Part shown: positions 53,874 through 64,000 of the stretch, one piece after another
Position numbering within the stretch: the stretch's first letter is position 1
Layout: each line of letters starts with the position of its first letter
Origin: Eledone cirrhosa
Taxonomy: Eukaryota
DNA: 64,000 nucleotides
Direction: 5' to 3'
Assembly: GCA_964016885.1 (NCBI GenBank)
Contig: OZ024740.1
Coordinates: 392,832,001 to 392,896,000 of the forward strand
Translations under genes and position numbers: made by a program
Notes under the pieces: model-generated
Told to the model about the DNA's origin: nothing
Databases searched by the model: none
Seen by the model: the letters and a program-made list of their open reading frames with translations, nothing else

Positions 53874-56204
53874 GGAAAAAATGAAACGATATTTCATTTC
53901 CCACTCTTAGTACGGCTGTTACTTAAATATAAGTATGTACACGTACATACATATATGTATACCGACGTACAGTAGTATGTATATATATATATACATACAT
54001 GCACACATATATATATGCACGTATGGATTCACCGAACATTTATTATAATGCTCGGTGTGTTTGTAAACAAACATCCCGTATTAAGCCGTAGTGTCTAGCA
54101 ACCACCGTTGCTCGTTTGTTCAACACTGACAAAGGAACGCTGTACTAGTTTCAAGCTTGTTAGCTATCGTCAGCAACGTATACCTTCCTGCCAGATTGTT
54201 GAACGTATATACTTACCTTATGCATATTAACGGCTGAGTAGCCCAATATGCATATCGAGTGGGTTAATCGGCCGGGTGCACCGAAAACGATAAACGGAAA
54301 AAATGAAACGATATTTCATTTCCCACTCTTAGTACGGCTGTTACTTAAATATAAGTATGTACACGTACATACATATATGTATACCGACGTACAGTAGTAT
54401 GTATATATATATATACATACATGCACACATATATATATGCACGTATGGATTCACCGAACATTTATTATAATGCTCGGTGTGTTTGTAAACAAACATCCCG
54501 TATTAAGCCGTAGTGTCTAGCAACCACCGTTGCTCGTTTGTTCAACACTGACAAAGGAACGCTGTACTAGTTTCAAGCTTGTTAGCTATCGTCAGCAACG
54601 TATACCTTCCTGCCAGATTGTTGAACGTATATACTTACCTTATGCATATTAACGGCTGAGTAGCCCAATATGCATATCGAGTGGGTTAATCGGCCGGGTG
54701 CACCGAAAACGATAAACGGAAAAAATGAAACGATATTTCATTTCCCACTCTTAGTACGGCTGTTACTTAAATATAAGTATGTACACGTACATACATATAT
54801 GTATACCGACGTACAGTAGTATGTATATATATATATACATACATGCACACATATATATATGCACGTATGGATTCACCGAACATTTATTATAATGCTCGGT
54901 GTGTTTGTAAACAAACATCCCGTATTAAGCCGTAGTGTCTAGCAACCACCGTTGCTCGTTTGTTCAACACTGACAAAGGAACGCTGTACTAGTTTCAAGC
55001 TTGTTAGCTATCGTCAGCAACGTATACCTTCCTGCCAGATTGTTGAACGTATATACTTACCTTATGCATATTAACGGCTGAGTAGCCCAATATGCATATC
55101 GAGTGGGTTAATCGGCCGGGTGCACCGAAAACGATAAACGGAAAAAATGAAACGATATTTCATTTCCCACTCTTAGTACGGCTGTTACTTAAATATAAGT
55201 ATGTACACGTACATACATATATGTATACCGACGTACAGTAGTATGTATATATATATATACATACATGCACACATATATATATGCACGTATGGATTCACCG
55301 AACATTTATTATAATGCTCGGTGTGTTTGTAAACAAACATCCCGTATTAAGCCGTAGTGTCTAGCAACCACCGTTGCTCGTTTGTTCAACACTGACAAAG
55401 GAACGCTGTACTAGTTTCAAGCTTGTTAGCTATCGTCAGCAACGTATACCTTCCTGCCAGATTGTTGAACGTATATACTTACCTTATGCATATTAACGGC
55501 TGAGTAGCCCAATATGCATATCGAGTGGGTTAATCGGCCGGGTGCACCGAAAACGATAAACGGAAAAAATGAAACGATATTTCATTTCCCACTCTTAGTA
55601 CGGCTGTTACTTAAATATAAGTATGTACACGTACATACATATATGTATACCGACGTACAGTAGTATGTATATATATATATACATACATGCACACATATAT
55701 ATATGCACGTATGGATTCACCGAACATTTATTATAATGCTCGGTGTGTTTGTAAACAAACATCCCGTATTAAGCCGTAGTGTCTAGCAACCACCGTTGCT
55801 CGTTTGTTCAACACTGACAAAGGAACGCTGTACTAGTTTCAAGCTTGTTAGCTATCGTCAGCAACGTATACCTTCCTGCCAGATTGTTGAACGTATATAC
55901 TTACCTTATGCATATTAACGGCTGAGTAGCCCAATATGCATATCGAGTGGGTTAATCGGCCGGGTGCACCGAAAACGATAAACGGAAAAAATGAAACGAT
56001 ATTTCATTTCCCACTCTTAGTACGGCTGTTACTTAAATATAAGTATGTACACGTACATACATATATGTATACCGACGTACAGTAGTATGTATATATATAT
56101 ATACATACATGCACACATATATATATGCACGTATGGATTCACCGAACATTTATTATAATGCTCGGTGTGTTTGTAAACAAACATCCCGTATTAAGCCGTA
56201 GTGT
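53869..56204 (-). mobile_element. Retrozyme-like tandem array, inverted arm: 5.5 x 422 bp with 5 hammerheads
   Basis: Unit starts at 53871, 54293, 54715, 55137, 55559 and 55981. Hammerhead at 54137-54179 and every 422 bp after. Confidence 0.9.
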
Positions 56205-56207
56205 ATT

Positions 56208-64000
<7,793 letters not shown>

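Noticed and set aside
54228-54300. Second, opposite-polarity ribozyme in the unit (CTGAGTA...GAAA)
   Set aside because: The core is not CUGANGA and the stems do not close; no twister or pistol consensus was found by eye.

Overview
AT-rich animal genomic DNA; the repeat content (tRNA/Nin-domain SINEs, RTE and CR1 LINEs, very long TA microsatellites) resembles an octopus genome, which is an inference. None of the long IY-rich ORFs is real. Seven small in-phase exons on the minus strand (40052 to 2957) encode the FG-GAP beta-propeller blades 4-7 and the start of the thigh domain of an integrin alpha subunit. The introns and upstream flank hold Penelope-like (GIY-YIG) fragments, RTE, CR1, Tx1 and CRE LINE pieces, and SINEs. 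The most striking content is self-cleaving RNA. (1) A 9.4-kb head-to-head array (53869-63226) of about 22 near-identical 422-425 bp units, carrying 21 complete minimal type I hammerhead ribozymes, i.e. a non-LTR retrozyme-like array. (2) About 14 further hammerhead motifs from many unrelated families, mostly inserted in TA repeats. Three of these families use the rare compensatory U3:A8 core. Several fold-back insertions have their junction at the ribozyme itself.
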